A DNA stretch of 64,000 nt from an uncultured delta proteobacterium (GTDB lineage Bacteria > Myxococcota_A > UBA9160 > UBA4427). The notes beneath the pieces were generated by a model. It made no database searches. It was not told the origin of the DNA and saw nothing but the letters and a program-made list of their open reading frames with translations. The translations under genes and the position numbers were made by a program. This document shows positions 31,119 to 40,886 of the stretch, in pieces (within the stretch, counting starts at the first letter, position 1; each line of letters begins with the position of its first letter). The stretch spans positions 640,001 to 704,000 of the forward strand of contig CAWGJT010000010.1 of assembly GCA_963822965.1 (NCBI GenBank). Reading direction: 5' to 3'.

Positions 31119-31957
31119 GTGGGCTGGCGTGCACCGGGCGGCGCCCGGCCGTGGCCGCGGGCTGGGTGGCGTCGCTGGTCCTCGCGATCTTCGCCGCGCC
31201 GGGCGTTCGCGCGCAGCAGCGTTCGCTCGAGGAGACCCTCGGCGATGCGGTCCAGAGCTACACCCAGGGGCTGAACAGCGAGGCCCGCGACGCGCGCCTG
31301 GCGGAGTTCCGACGGGCCCAGCGACTGTTCGCGAATCTGGAGTCCCGGGGCGTCGCCACCGCGGACCTGTATACGAACCTCGGCAATGCGGCCCTGCAGG
31401 CGGAGGATCTGGGCGCGGCGGTGCTCGCCTACCGTCGAGCGCTGCAGCTCGACGCGGACCACCCGCGCGCCGTGCAGAACCTCGAGCACGCGCGCTCGCT
31501 GCTGCCGGCCTGGGTGCCGCGGCCCGCCCCGTCGGGCGTGCTGGACAGCCTGTTCTTCTGGCACCGCACGGTGCCCCAGCCGTTGCGGGAGCTGTTGGCT
31601 GCGCTCTGCTTCGCGCTGGCGGCGCTGCTCGTGGCCGCGTCGATCCGGCTGCGGCAGACAGCCCTGCGCAACGCGGCCGTGCTGCCGGGCCTCGCGTGGC
31701 TGGCCATCGCCGGGTCGGTGCTGCTGGATCCCGCGAGCGGTGACCGCGCTGCGGCCGTGGTCACGGCTTCCGAGACCGTGGCCCGCGCCGCGGACTCGGG
31801 GCTCGCACCCAGCGCGTTTCCGCAGCCGCTTCCGGGAGGCGTGGAGCTGCGCATCCTCGAGGCGCGATCGCCCTGGCTGCGCGTGCGGCTGGCCAACGGC
31901 CGTGACGCCTGGGTCAACGAGTCGAGCGTGACCCGGGTGGCGGAAGATGCGGGCTGA
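31115..31957 (+). CDS. batE: BatE-like TPR + SH3 protein
   Basis: ATGA overlap; LYTNLGNA...YRRAL...NL TPR; two TM; C-terminal SH3-like WLRVRLANGRDAWV. Confidence 0.82.
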   Translation: MSGLACTGRRPAVAAGWVASLVLAIFAAPGVRAQQRSLEETLGDAVQSYTQGLNSEARDARLAEFRRAQRLFANLESRGVATADLYTNLGNAALQAEDLGAAVLAYRRALQLDADHPRAVQNLEHARSLLPAWVPRPAPSGVLDSLFFWHRTVPQPLRELLAALCFALAALLVAASIRLRQTALRNAAVLPGLAWLAIAGSVLLDPASGDRAAAVVTASETVARAADSGLAPSAFPQPLPGGVELRILEARSPWLRVRLANGRDAWVNESSVTRVAEDAG

Positions 31958-32039
31958 AGTCGGGCGGCCGATCGACCGATTCGAGACGGGCAGGACCGTC
32001 GTGCGGCTCCTCGCGCGCCGCAGCCCCCGGAGATCCTCC

Positions 32040-32741
32040 ATGAGGCGCGCATTGCTGCGGGTCGTCGCTCTCGCCGGGGTCCTTCTTGCGGCGGGGTCGG
32101 CGACCGCGCAGACGCTCGCCGCTCAGGTGCTGCGCGAATCCGACGCCAACGGCGACGGCAAGCTGCAACGCAGCGAGGCGCCCATCGAGCTGCTGCCGCA
32201 CTTTGCGGACATGGATCAGGACCACGACGGGGCGATCGACTCCTACGAGGCCTGGAACTTCGATACTCGTGCCCACGCCGCGGGCAACCGTCCGGCGCCG
32301 GCGGAGCCGGCGAAGGAGCCGACGCCGACACCGGTGGCAACCGCCGAACCGCCCCCCCAGACCCTGGTCGAGCTGCTGGCGCGCGCCGATCGGAACGGCG
32401 ACCACCGGCTCTCGCCGGACGAGGTTCCGGCGGCGCTGCGCGATCGGCTGCTGGATCTCGATCCGAACGGGGACGGAGCCATCGACGAGGACGAAGCCCG
32501 CGTGCTCGATGCGCGGCGAAGTCGCAGCGCAGGAGAGGCGGCCCCACGACAGCGCTCCCTCGTGCGCACGGTGCACCTGATGGACACCGACGGTGACGGG
32601 CGGCTCCAGAAGCGCGAGGCGCCCCTGCGCCTGCAGCCGGTGTTCGAGCGCATCGACGTCAACGCGGACGGCGCCATCGACGTCGAAGAGGCCGCGCGCT
32701 TCGATGCGTCGGTCGCGTCCGATCCGTCGCCGCGCCGCTGA
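32040..32741 (+). CDS. Exported EF-hand protein with six EF-hand loops
   Basis: Signal peptide ending ATA; DANGDGKL, DQDHDGAI, DRNGDHRL, DPNGDGAI, DTDGDGRL, DVNADGAI, each with Glu at position 12. Confidence 0.85.
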   Translation: MRRALLRVVALAGVLLAAGSATAQTLAAQVLRESDANGDGKLQRSEAPIELLPHFADMDQDHDGAIDSYEAWNFDTRAHAAGNRPAPAEPAKEPTPTPVATAEPPPQTLVELLARADRNGDHRLSPDEVPAALRDRLLDLDPNGDGAIDEDEARVLDARRSRSAGEAAPRQRSLVRTVHLMDTDGDGRLQKREAPLRLQPVFERIDVNADGAIDVEEAARFDASVASDPSPRR

Positions 32742-32750
32742 GCCGCAGGA

Positions 32751-33896
32751 TCAGCGACGAAAGGGCCAGACGAGCTGGGCGAGATAGCGCTCGGGAACCG
32801 GGTCGCCCGCGATCCCGTAGCGGGCCGGCCAGCGGTCCGGCACGAAGGCGGTTCCGAACGCGCGGTCGATCAGCGGCACGTGGACCGCGAAGTTGCGGTC
32901 GATCGCCTCGGGCTCGGCGCTGTGGTGCCAGTGGTGGAATTCGGGCATCACGACGATCCAGCGCAGCCAACGCGCGCGGAAGCGCACGTTCGCGTGGATC
33001 CAGACCGCCTGGAACGACACGAAGACCAGGTAGGCGGTGAGGGGGCCGTTGCCGATCCCGAGCACGAAGAGCGGCAGGAAGCTCACGGCCCGGGTCACCA
33101 CGATGTCCACCCCGTGCAGCCGCGAGCCCGCCAGCCAGTCCATCTGCCGCGACGAGTGGTGGACGGCGTGGAATCGCCAGAGCCAGGGCACCGCGTGCAT
33201 GGTGCGGTGTGCGGCGTACTGGAAGAGGTCCGCGCACACCAGGGCAAGCCCGAACTGCACCGCGAAGGGCAGGGTGGCGACCTCGGCGTGCAGCCCGGGC
33301 GAGACCAGCCGCCCCAGCAGGATTCGTGCGGGTGCCATGGAGAGCAGGACGGTCACCTGCACCAGCAGGTGGCTGACGAAGAAGTGCGCGAGGTCGGTGC
33401 GCCAGCCCCGGCGGAAGACGTACTGCTGGCGGTGCAGGGCGAAGAAGCGTTCGAGAGGAAGGAAGACGAGGGCGAGCACCAGCAGGTCGAGCACGAACCA
33501 GTCGACGCCCACGTAGCGGCCGGAGCGGACCGATTCGGGGGTCTCCACCCAGGCGCCGCCCAGGGCGATGGCGAGCGCGGCGAGGGCGATGCCCGAGAAG
33601 GCCAGCCGCCGCCGCCCGCCCAGCGCGAAGCAGAGGGCGCCGAAGACCAGGGCCAGCCCGTTCGCGGAGAAGAGCACGATGCGGACCAGCGGGATCGGCA
33701 GCACCGCGCGCAGGTCGGGGGTCGTGAGCAGCTCGGGCCGCCGGAAGCAGAGCACCGCCAGAAGGCAGCCCGCCCCCAGGGCCACGGAGAGGACTCCGCT
33801 GATCCGGCCGTCGCCGAAGCGAAACTCGGGACGCTCCTCGGCCTCCTGCGGCGGCAGGGGCGCGACGAGCGGTGCGTCGGTCGGGATCCCGGTCAC
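32751..33896 (-). CDS. Sterol desaturase/fatty acid hydroxylase family protein
   Basis: His boxes HRTMH, HAVHHS, HAN, HHWHH. Confidence 0.9.
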   Translation of the reverse strand: MTGIPTDAPLVAPLPPQEAEERPEFRFGDGRISGVLSVALGAGCLLAVLCFRRPELLTTPDLRAVLPIPLVRIVLFSANGLALVFGALCFALGGRRRLAFSGIALAALAIALGGAWVETPESVRSGRYVGVDWFVLDLLVLALVFLPLERFFALHRQQYVFRRGWRTDLAHFFVSHLLVQVTVLLSMAPARILLGRLVSPGLHAEVATLPFAVQFGLALVCADLFQYAAHRTMHAVPWLWRFHAVHHSSRQMDWLAGSRLHGVDIVVTRAVSFLPLFVLGIGNGPLTAYLVFVSFQAVWIHANVRFRARWLRWIVVMPEFHHWHHSAEPEAIDRNFAVHVPLIDRAFGTAFVPDRWPARYGIAGDPVPERYLAQLVWPFRR

Positions 33897-33929
33897 CTCC
33901 CCCGGATCGGCCGATCGGCTCCCGCGACT

Positions 33930-35135
33930 TCAGTCCTCGCGCGCGGGGCGGTCCCCGCCCAGGGCCAGGCTGGCCGCTCGGCTCGAGATGCCGACGCCCC
34001 GGCGGGCCTGCCGGATGGTGTCGCGATCGTGGCCGTCCGTGCAGTAACCGATGGAGATGCCGCTCTCGGGGTCGGCCCAGGCGATCTGGCCGCCGGCACC
34101 ACCGTGTCCGAAGGACTGCGCGGAGTTGGTGTGCCCGAAGCCCCGGTAGTTGCGCTCGGCGTCGCCCGCGATCATGAGCCCGAGGGCGCGGTTGGCGCGC
34201 TTGCCGAAGAGCGGGTCCGTGAGCTCACCGGAACGGACTTCCCGGGCCATGGCGACGGTCTCGGGCTTCCAGATCGTCTCGCGCCCGTGGCCGAGGAGCG
34301 CCTGGTAGAACAGCGCGAGGTCGCCCGCCGTCATGGTGCCGCCGCCGCCGGGGATGCCGGCCCGGCGGACGTCGGCCTCGTTGAAGCGCTGCAGGTTGTC
34401 CTCGGTCACCTCGGTGACCGGCGGGACGGGAAACCCCATGCGGCGGTAGTCGTCCTCGGTGAGCGCCCGGCCCACGTGCTGGATGTCGGCCAGACGGCCG
34501 TGCAGGGCGTCGGGCAGCCCGCACCAGAGGTCGTCGAGTCCCAGGGGCAGCGAGATGCGGTGGCGAACGAAGTCGCCGTAGGTCTCGCCGCTCCGCCGCT
34601 CGATGATCTCGGCGACGACGTACATGCTGGAGGACGGGTGGTAGACGAAGCGGGAGCCGGGCTCGAAGGTGAGCTTCCAGCGGGCGAAGTGCGACAGCCG
34701 CCGCTCGCGATCCAGGAAGTCGGCCGGCGGGAAGGGCGCCGTGGGGAAGCCGGCGGTGTGGGTGAGGAGGTGCTCCACCCGGACCGCGTCCTTTCCGTGG
34801 GTGCCGAACTCGGGGACGATGTCGGCCACGCGCTCGTCCGGGTCGAGCCTTCCCTCCTGGATGAGGATCCAGGCGGCCGCCGAGGTGATCGCCTTGGTGC
34901 TCGAGAAGACGCAGTAGAGGGTCTCGTTGGTGGCGCGCGCCTCCCGCCCCTGGTGGGTCACGCGGCCGACCGTGCGCATGCCCGCGATGCGGCCGTTGCG
35001 GGCGATCGCGATCTGCGCCGACGGCAGCAGGCCCTCGGCGACCTCCTTCTCGGCGCGGGTGAACAGGGCTTCGAGCTTCTCGGAATCGATCCCGACGCTC
35101 TCGGGGGTTTCGGCGAAGAAGGACGCGTGCGGCAT
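33930..35135 (-). CDS. Serine hydrolase, beta-lactamase class C/esterase family
   Basis: FSSTK (SxxK), LLTHTAG, FVYH, FGHGGAGG, WADPE. Confidence 0.9.
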   Translation of the reverse strand: MPHASFFAETPESVGIDSEKLEALFTRAEKEVAEGLLPSAQIAIARNGRIAGMRTVGRVTHQGREARATNETLYCVFSSTKAITSAAAWILIQEGRLDPDERVADIVPEFGTHGKDAVRVEHLLTHTAGFPTAPFPPADFLDRERRLSHFARWKLTFEPGSRFVYHPSSSMYVVAEIIERRSGETYGDFVRHRISLPLGLDDLWCGLPDALHGRLADIQHVGRALTEDDYRRMGFPVPPVTEVTEDNLQRFNEADVRRAGIPGGGGTMTAGDLALFYQALLGHGRETIWKPETVAMAREVRSGELTDPLFGKRANRALGLMIAGDAERNYRGFGHTNSAQSFGHGGAGGQIAWADPESGISIGYCTDGHDRDTIRQARRGVGISSRAASLALGGDRPARED

Positions 35136-35305
35136 GGAATCGGAATCTCCCGGCTGGGGTTCTCGTGACCGAAGAGGGTCTCGGGGACGTCCCTCTCGGT
35201 GGCGAGCGGTCCGTCCCAGGCGACCCATCATAGGCCAGGGCGCAGCGGCCGGGCCCGCCGCGCGCAGCGGTGGTAGACTCGCGCCTCCATCTTCGAGGTC
35301 ACTTC

Positions 35306-36022
35306 TTGATCGAGGCGTTCCAGGCCTTGCTGCGCGTGCAGGAGCTCGATGCCGGGGTCCGCACGGCCGAGAAGGAGCTGGCGTCGTTCGCTCCGCTTCG
35401 CGAGCAGGCGGTGCTGGCCGAGGCGGCGGAGCAGGCCGCCATCGAGGAGGCTCGAGCGGCGCTCCGCGAGGCCGAGCAGAGCCACCGCCGTCTCGAGCAG
35501 GACCTGGCGGCCGCGGACGCCCTCGTCAAGAAGCTCGACCTGCAGATCTACGAGGTGACGTCGAAGCAGGCCATGGAGGCGATCCAGAAGGAGACCGCCG
35601 CCGCGCGCGAGAGCAAGTCGCAGCTCGAGGACGCGATCCTCGAGCTGCTCGACGCCATCGAGACGGATGCCGAGGCGGTGCAGGCCGCCGAGACCCGGGC
35701 GCGGGAGCAGGCGTCGAGTCGCGCGGACGCCGAGGCCGAGCGCAGCGAACGCGAGCGCGCGCTTCGCGCCGAGGTCGAGACGCTGGGCAAGAGCCGTGCC
35801 GCGCTGGTCGGCACGGTGGACGAGGGTGCCCTGCGCGAGTACGAGAGCGCGCGCCGCAAGGCCTGGCCGGTGCTGGTCCGGGTCGAGGCCCGCTCGTGTC
35901 CCGCGTGCCACATCACCATCGCGCCGCAGAAGATGCTCGACATCGCGAAGGCCAGCTCCTTCGTCACCTGCGGAAGCTGCCACCGCATCTTCTACGGCGA
36001 GAAGGTCGCCGCCGCCGGCTGA
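35306..36022 (+). CDS. Coiled-coil protein with C4-type zinc ribbon (DUF164, CdsZ/HP0958-like)
   Basis: TTG start after GAGG; LLRVQELD, long heptads, CPACH...CGSCHRI. Confidence 0.85.
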   Translation: MIEAFQALLRVQELDAGVRTAEKELASFAPLREQAVLAEAAEQAAIEEARAALREAEQSHRRLEQDLAAADALVKKLDLQIYEVTSKQAMEAIQKETAAARESKSQLEDAILELLDAIETDAEAVQAAETRAREQASSRADAEAERSERERALRAEVETLGKSRAALVGTVDEGALREYESARRKAWPVLVRVEARSCPACHITIAPQKMLDIAKASSFVTCGSCHRIFYGEKVAAAG

Positions 36023-36140
36023 ACGGCGCGGCGCGCGATGGGCCCGCAGGGCTCGCTATGCTCGTCGCTCCTCCCGGGCGATCGGCTCGCCGCGAATGGC
36101 GAGGCGGATCGGCTCCGGGATCCACCACGAGGAAGAAGCC

Positions 36141-37226
36141 ATGAAGGCAGCAGTCCTGCGCGAAGTCGGAAAGCCCCTGGTCATCGAGGACGTCCAGATT
36201 GCGAAGCCTGCGCCGCGCGAGGTGCTGATCCGTACGGCGGCGGCCGGGGTCTGTCACAGCGACCTGCACTTCGTGGAGGGCTCCTATCCCTATCTGCTTC
36301 CCACCGTGCTCGGCCACGAGTCGGCGGGCATCGTCGAGGAGGTGGGCTCCGACGTCCGCTACGTGAAGAAGGGCGACCACGTGATCACGTGTCTCTCGGC
36401 CTTCTGCGGGGACTGCAACTACTGCCTCACCGGACGCATGTCCCTGTGTCGCAGTCCCGAGGTCCAGCGCGCTCCGGGGGACGCGCCGCGTCTCTCGAAG
36501 GACGGCGCGGTGATGAACCAGTTCCTGAACCTCTCCTCGTACGCCGAGCAGATGCTGGTCCACGAGCACGCCCTGGTGAAGGTGCGCGAGGACATGCCCC
36601 TCGATCGGGCCGCGCTCATCGGCTGCGGCGTCACCACCGGCGTGGGCGCCGTCCACAACACCGCCCGGGTGGAGCCGGGCAGCACGGTGGCCGTGGTGGG
36701 CTGCGGCGGCGTGGGGCTGGCGTGCGTGAACGGCGCAGCCATCGCCGGCGCCGGCCGCATCATCGCCGTCGATCGCGTGGCCTCGAAGCTCGAGCTGGCG
36801 AAGACCTTCGGGGCCACGGACCTCGTGAACGCCGCCGAGGGCGATGCCGTGCAGCAGGTTCGCGAGCTGACGGGCGGCGGGGTCGACTACTCGTTCGAGG
36901 CCATCGGCCTCAAGGCGACCGCCGAGCAGTGCTTCCAGATGCTGTGCGCCGGCGGCACCGCCACCATCATCGGCATGATCCCGGTGGGAACCATGGTGGA
37001 GGTGCACGGCGTCGACTTCCTGGCGGAGAAGAAGCTGCAGGGCTGCACGATGGGCTCGAACCGCTTCCGGGTGGACATGCCGCGCTACATCGAGTTCTAC
37101 CTGCAGGGCAAGCTGCACCTGGACGAGATGGTGTCCCAGCGGCTCCCCCTCGAGCAGGTGAACGAGGCGCTCGACGCGCTCAAGCAGGGCGAGGTGGCGC
37201 GCACGGTGCTCACCTTCGACGCGTGA
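36141..37226 (+). CDS. Zn-dependent alcohol dehydrogenase (class III-like MDR)
   Basis: GVCHSD, GHESAG, structural Zn CGDCNYC..C, GCGVTTG, GCGGVG. Confidence 0.93.
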   Translation: MKAAVLREVGKPLVIEDVQIAKPAPREVLIRTAAAGVCHSDLHFVEGSYPYLLPTVLGHESAGIVEEVGSDVRYVKKGDHVITCLSAFCGDCNYCLTGRMSLCRSPEVQRAPGDAPRLSKDGAVMNQFLNLSSYAEQMLVHEHALVKVREDMPLDRAALIGCGVTTGVGAVHNTARVEPGSTVAVVGCGGVGLACVNGAAIAGAGRIIAVDRVASKLELAKTFGATDLVNAAEGDAVQQVRELTGGGVDYSFEAIGLKATAEQCFQMLCAGGTATIIGMIPVGTMVEVHGVDFLAEKKLQGCTMGSNRFRVDMPRYIEFYLQGKLHLDEMVSQRLPLEQVNEALDALKQGEVARTVLTFDA

Positions 37227-37235
37227 GGCCCGTGC

Positions 37236-37856
37236 TCAGCGGCTCCAACACGCCAGCACGTCGTCGGTTGCGACCAGCGTCGTGATGGCGCCGAGGGTGT
37301 GGGCGAAGATCGAGTCGACGTGCTCCTGGGGGAAGCCCGCCACCGCGTCCTTCGGGATCACCACCTGGTAGGCGGCGTTGACGGCGTCGAAGGCCAGGTT
37401 GGTGATGGCGACGTTCACCGACACGCCCACGCCGACGACCGTGTCGACCCCGAGGTTGCGCAGCACGAAGTCGAGCTCGGTGCCCTGGAAGGGCGAGAGA
37501 CCGTGCAGCCGCTCGAGCACGAGGTCGCTCTCTGCCACCGGAAGCTCGGGCACGATCGCGGCGGCCTCGGATCCCGGCACGAGCTTCGGCTCGCTGCGGG
37601 CCATGTACTGGAAGAGACGCGCGTTGTGGTTGGCGCCGAGACCGTCCGCGCGGCGTACGGCCGTGCAGTGGATCACCGGGATGCCGGCGGCCCGGGCGCC
37701 CGCGGCCAGGCGCGCCACGTTGCGGATCATCTCGCCGGACGCGGCCCGGGAGAGCTCCGGCAGCGGCGAGCGATCGCCGATCACGCCCCGCTGGCACTCC
37801 TGGGTGATCAGCGCCGTGCGGCCGGGGGCGACGAGCTCTGCCAGGTCGAGGGCCAC
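37236..37856 (-). CDS. Isochorismatase/cysteine hydrolase family protein
   Basis: SD AGGAGG then GTG; TALITQECQ, ARAAGIPVIH, SPFQGTELD..LR, VVGVGV, DAVA. Confidence 0.85.
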   Translation of the reverse strand: MALDLAELVAPGRTALITQECQRGVIGDRSPLPELSRAASGEMIRNVARLAAGARAAGIPVIHCTAVRRADGLGANHNARLFQYMARSEPKLVPGSEAAAIVPELPVAESDLVLERLHGLSPFQGTELDFVLRNLGVDTVVGVGVSVNVAITNLAFDAVNAAYQVVIPKDAVAGFPQEHVDSIFAHTLGAITTLVATDDVLACWSR

Positions 37857-37987
37857 GCTTTCGTTCCTCCTCCGCACCGGCTGCGGGCGTGCGGTCGTCG
37901 CCGACGTTGCCGTCGTCGGGCCGCCGTCGCCACTCCCGCCCGTTTGCGGGGGTTGCGACCGTCCCGTTGCCCCGGGTCCGGGGGGCG

Positions 37988-38076
37988 CTAGCCTGCTTTT
38001 CCCACCGGGGAGAAGGTCGCGGAGATGCTGTGCTATCAGCGCCCGGAGTAGCGCTCGGGTGAGAAATGCAGGCTAG
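37988..38076. mobile_element. Candidate MITE-like element or long hairpin with 23-bp imperfect terminal inverted repeats that begin with CTAG
   Basis: 37988-38010 matches the reverse complement of 38054-38076 at 19/23 positions; CTAG at both ends. Confidence 0.45.
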
Positions 38077-38087
38077 AGCAGGGAGCC

Positions 38088-38609
38088 ATGGACGACCTCC
38101 AGCGCCTCGTGGCCAGCGACCAGATCCGCCAGCTCGCCTCGCGCTACGCCCTGGCCCTGGATTCCCGGGACCTCGACGCCCTGGTGGGGCTCTTCGTGGA
38201 CGACGTTCGGGTGGGCCGGGACGCGTCGGGGCGCGAGGCCCTGCGCGCCAACTTCGACGCGCAGCTGCGGGGGATCGGGGTCTCGATCCTCTTCGTGGGC
38301 AACCACGTGATCGACTTCGACGACGACGACCACGCCCGGGGCGTCGTCTACTGCAAGGGGGAGATCCAGGACGGCTCCCGCTGGATCCACCAGGCGATCC
38401 AATACCGCGATCGCTACGAGCGGCGCGGCGGGCAGTGGCTCTTCGTGCGGCGGGTACACCTGCTGTGGTACGGCGTGGGCTACGCGCCGGGGGATCCGGC
38501 GAACCCCCTGGCGCTGCCGCCCGCCGACTGGCCCGCGAGGCACACCGGGAAGGGAACGATCCCCGAGAGCTGGCCCTCCTGGCAGCGCTTCTGGTCGCCC
38601 GGGGACTGA
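38088..38609 (+). CDS. SnoaL-like/NTF2 family protein
   Basis: IRQLASRYALALDSRD, VGNHVIDF, YRDRYERR. Confidence 0.87.
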   Translation: MDDLQRLVASDQIRQLASRYALALDSRDLDALVGLFVDDVRVGRDASGREALRANFDAQLRGIGVSILFVGNHVIDFDDDDHARGVVYCKGEIQDGSRWIHQAIQYRDRYERRGGQWLFVRRVHLLWYGVGYAPGDPANPLALPPADWPARHTGKGTIPESWPSWQRFWSPGD

Positions 38610-38623
38610 TCCGGCCCGCGCGA

Positions 38624-39730
38624 TCACTGCAGCATGCGCGTCCGCAGGCGGGCGGCGCCGACCCCGACCAGCACCGCCGCCATTGCGAGCAGCACGCCCA
38701 CCTGCGGCAGGATCTCGGCGGTGCTCGCACGCTCGAAGATCATCGCCAGGTAGCCGTCCATCGCCCAGGCCGTGGGCAGCAGGTGACCCGCGTCGCGCAG
38801 CCAGGCGGGCACCACCGTCAGCGGCCACATGCAGCCCCCCAGCATGCCGGCGCAGATCGAGAGCAGCGGCGCCAGGGAGAAGGCCTGCTCCGGGGTGCGG
38901 AACACCGTCGCCATCACCAGACCGAGGCCGAGACAGACCGCGACGAGGGCGGCGGTCAGCAGCACGACGCCCAGGGGATCGCCCCAGGGCACCTGGAAGG
39001 CGAGGGCGGTGATCGCCACGAGGAACGCGGACTGCACGACCATCACCTGCGCCGGCCCCACGATCATCAGCAGGATCAGCTCGGGAGTGCGGGCGGGGGT
39101 GGCGAGCAGGCGCTCGGTGATGCCGCGGCGGCGCATCATCAGCATGCCCGTGGAGGAGATCATGCCGTTGATGACCAGGAAGAGCACCAGGTTCGAGGGC
39201 GCCGTGTAGTGGAAGCCGATGGGCGGGCGCCCCTCGTTGCTGCCGTCGTAGACCCGGCTCGCCACCGGCCGTGCGAGGCCGGGCGAGACGGCGTCCGCCA
39301 GCCGCGCGTCGGCGATGGCCCGCACGACGATGGCCCCGACCCCGGCGGCGGACGCCAGCAGCTCGAGATCGTCCTCCCCGTTCCAGCCGGCGGGGACGAC
39401 GACGCCCGCGTGGAGCCGCCCGCGGTAGACCGCCGCGCGCATGGCCCCGGCGTCGTCGTAGTCGCGTACGCGCACGGCGGGCAGGGCGTCGAGTCCGTCC
39501 CGCAGGCTGCGCGCGATCGCGCTGCCCGAACGATCCAGGAAGCCCACGCTGAAGACCGGATCGCTGTAGCCCTGCATGGCCACGCCGATCACGGCGATGA
39601 CGACGACCGGCAGCAGGAAGAGCCCCGCGGCCTGGCCCGGGCTGCGCCGGGAGCTCGCGGCCCCGGCGGCCGCCGCCGCGGAGACGGTGGCCCGGATGCG
39701 GGCGAGACGGCTCGTCGCGGCCCCGGTCAT
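38624..39730 (-). CDS. ABC-2 type exporter permease
   Basis: TM, extracytoplasmic loop, five TM; RLLATP, MLGGCMWP, PTAWAMDG. Confidence 0.87.
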   Translation of the reverse strand: MTGAATSRLARIRATVSAAAAAGAASSRRSPGQAAGLFLLPVVVIAVIGVAMQGYSDPVFSVGFLDRSGSAIARSLRDGLDALPAVRVRDYDDAGAMRAAVYRGRLHAGVVVPAGWNGEDDLELLASAAGVGAIVVRAIADARLADAVSPGLARPVASRVYDGSNEGRPPIGFHYTAPSNLVLFLVINGMISSTGMLMMRRRGITERLLATPARTPELILLMIVGPAQVMVVQSAFLVAITALAFQVPWGDPLGVVLLTAALVAVCLGLGLVMATVFRTPEQAFSLAPLLSICAGMLGGCMWPLTVVPAWLRDAGHLLPTAWAMDGYLAMIFERASTAEILPQVGVLLAMAAVLVGVGAARLRTRMLQ

Positions 39731-40878
39731 ACGCTCCGCTCCAGGGACGCGGTCGCGCGATACGCCGCGAACGCGATGCCCGCGCAGCCCACCGCGAACG
39801 TCACCAGCAGGGGCTCCAGCACGCCGCCGAGGCTTCCGCCGGCCTGGCCCAGGGCGGCGGCATCCATGAAGCCCCGGGCGGCCTGGCCGTTCGGCGTGAG
39901 CCGCTGCAGGGTGTCGAAGACGTCCGGCAGTCCCTGGGGCGGCATGAACTGGCCGCCCACCACCGCCAGCAGGAAGATGGCGATGGACGCCAGGGTCTGC
40001 CCCTGCTCGGCGTTCCGGGCCACCGCCATGAAGAACGAGGTCATGCCGATGGCCATCCAGACGGTGGTGAAGACCAAGGCGGCGACGATCCAGGCGGGTC
40101 CCCAGTGGGTGCCGAAGAGGACCCGGGTCGCGAGGATCATGCTGGCCATCTGCAGCCAGCCCAGCAGCAGCAGTCCCAGCAGCTTGCCGGCCAGGATCGA
40201 GCGAGCCGGTGCGGGCGACGCCACGAGGCGCGCGATCGCGCCGGCGTCCACCTCTTCCTGCAGGGCTCTCACGCCGGAGAGAACCGTGAACGTGAGGAAC
40301 AGAACCGTCATCGAGAACGCGAAGTAGTCCACCGGGCGCAGGCGACCGCCCGGGGACACGGGGACCATCGCCGCCAGCGGCGGGAGATCGGCCCGTCCGC
40401 CGTCGCTCGCCCCGGCAGCGCGGCGGCGCGCCGCCTCGACGCGGTAGCGCTCCGCCAGCGCCACGGTCATGCGCGTCGCGAAGGCGTCGTGGCCGGTTGC
40501 GAGCACCTCCAGGCCGGGCGCACCGTCGCCACCCGGTTCGGCGCCGCTCGCGAGGAAGTCCGGGCGAACGACGAGGGCCACGTCGGCGTCGTCCCGGGCG
40601 AGCAACGTGGAGGCGGCTTCGGGCGAGCCGGCGGGCTGCAGCAGGACGACGCCCTCGAGCCACGGCTGGGCCAGGAAGTCGCGCAGTCGGGCGGCGTCCG
40701 GCCCGGGGTCGAGATCCACCAGCGCCAGCCGCAGCTGGAAGCCGGCCTCGTTCGATCCGATCGCGAGGCCGATGAGGCCGGCGAGCACCAGCGGGACGAC
40801 CACGGCCACCAGCACGGCCGTTCGGTCCCGCAGCCGCTGGCGCAGGTCCTTGAGACAGAGGACGAGGGCGAAGCGCAC
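39727..40878 (-). CDS. ABC-2 type exporter permease
   Basis: KDLRQRLRD start, RLVASP...ILAGK, GGQFMP, LTPNG. Confidence 0.87.
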   Translation of the reverse strand: MRFALVLCLKDLRQRLRDRTAVLVAVVVPLVLAGLIGLAIGSNEAGFQLRLALVDLDPGPDAARLRDFLAQPWLEGVVLLQPAGSPEAASTLLARDDADVALVVRPDFLASGAEPGGDGAPGLEVLATGHDAFATRMTVALAERYRVEAARRRAAGASDGGRADLPPLAAMVPVSPGGRLRPVDYFAFSMTVLFLTFTVLSGVRALQEEVDAGAIARLVASPAPARSILAGKLLGLLLLGWLQMASMILATRVLFGTHWGPAWIVAALVFTTVWMAIGMTSFFMAVARNAEQGQTLASIAIFLLAVVGGQFMPPQGLPDVFDTLQRLTPNGQAARGFMDAAALGQAGGSLGGVLEPLLVTFAVGCAGIAFAAYRATASLERSV

Positions 40879-40886
40879 GGCGGCCG

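Noticed and set aside
33930..35135. Antibiotic-resistance beta-lactamases (also 53513-54583)
   Set aside because: No signal peptides and a catabolic context; better read as cytoplasmic esterases or amidases of the same fold
35136..35305. RNase P RNA or other ncRNA next to the zinc-ribbon gene
   Set aside because: The spacer is only 170 bp and lacks the GAGGAAAGTCC signature; only a modest hairpin near 35169-35199
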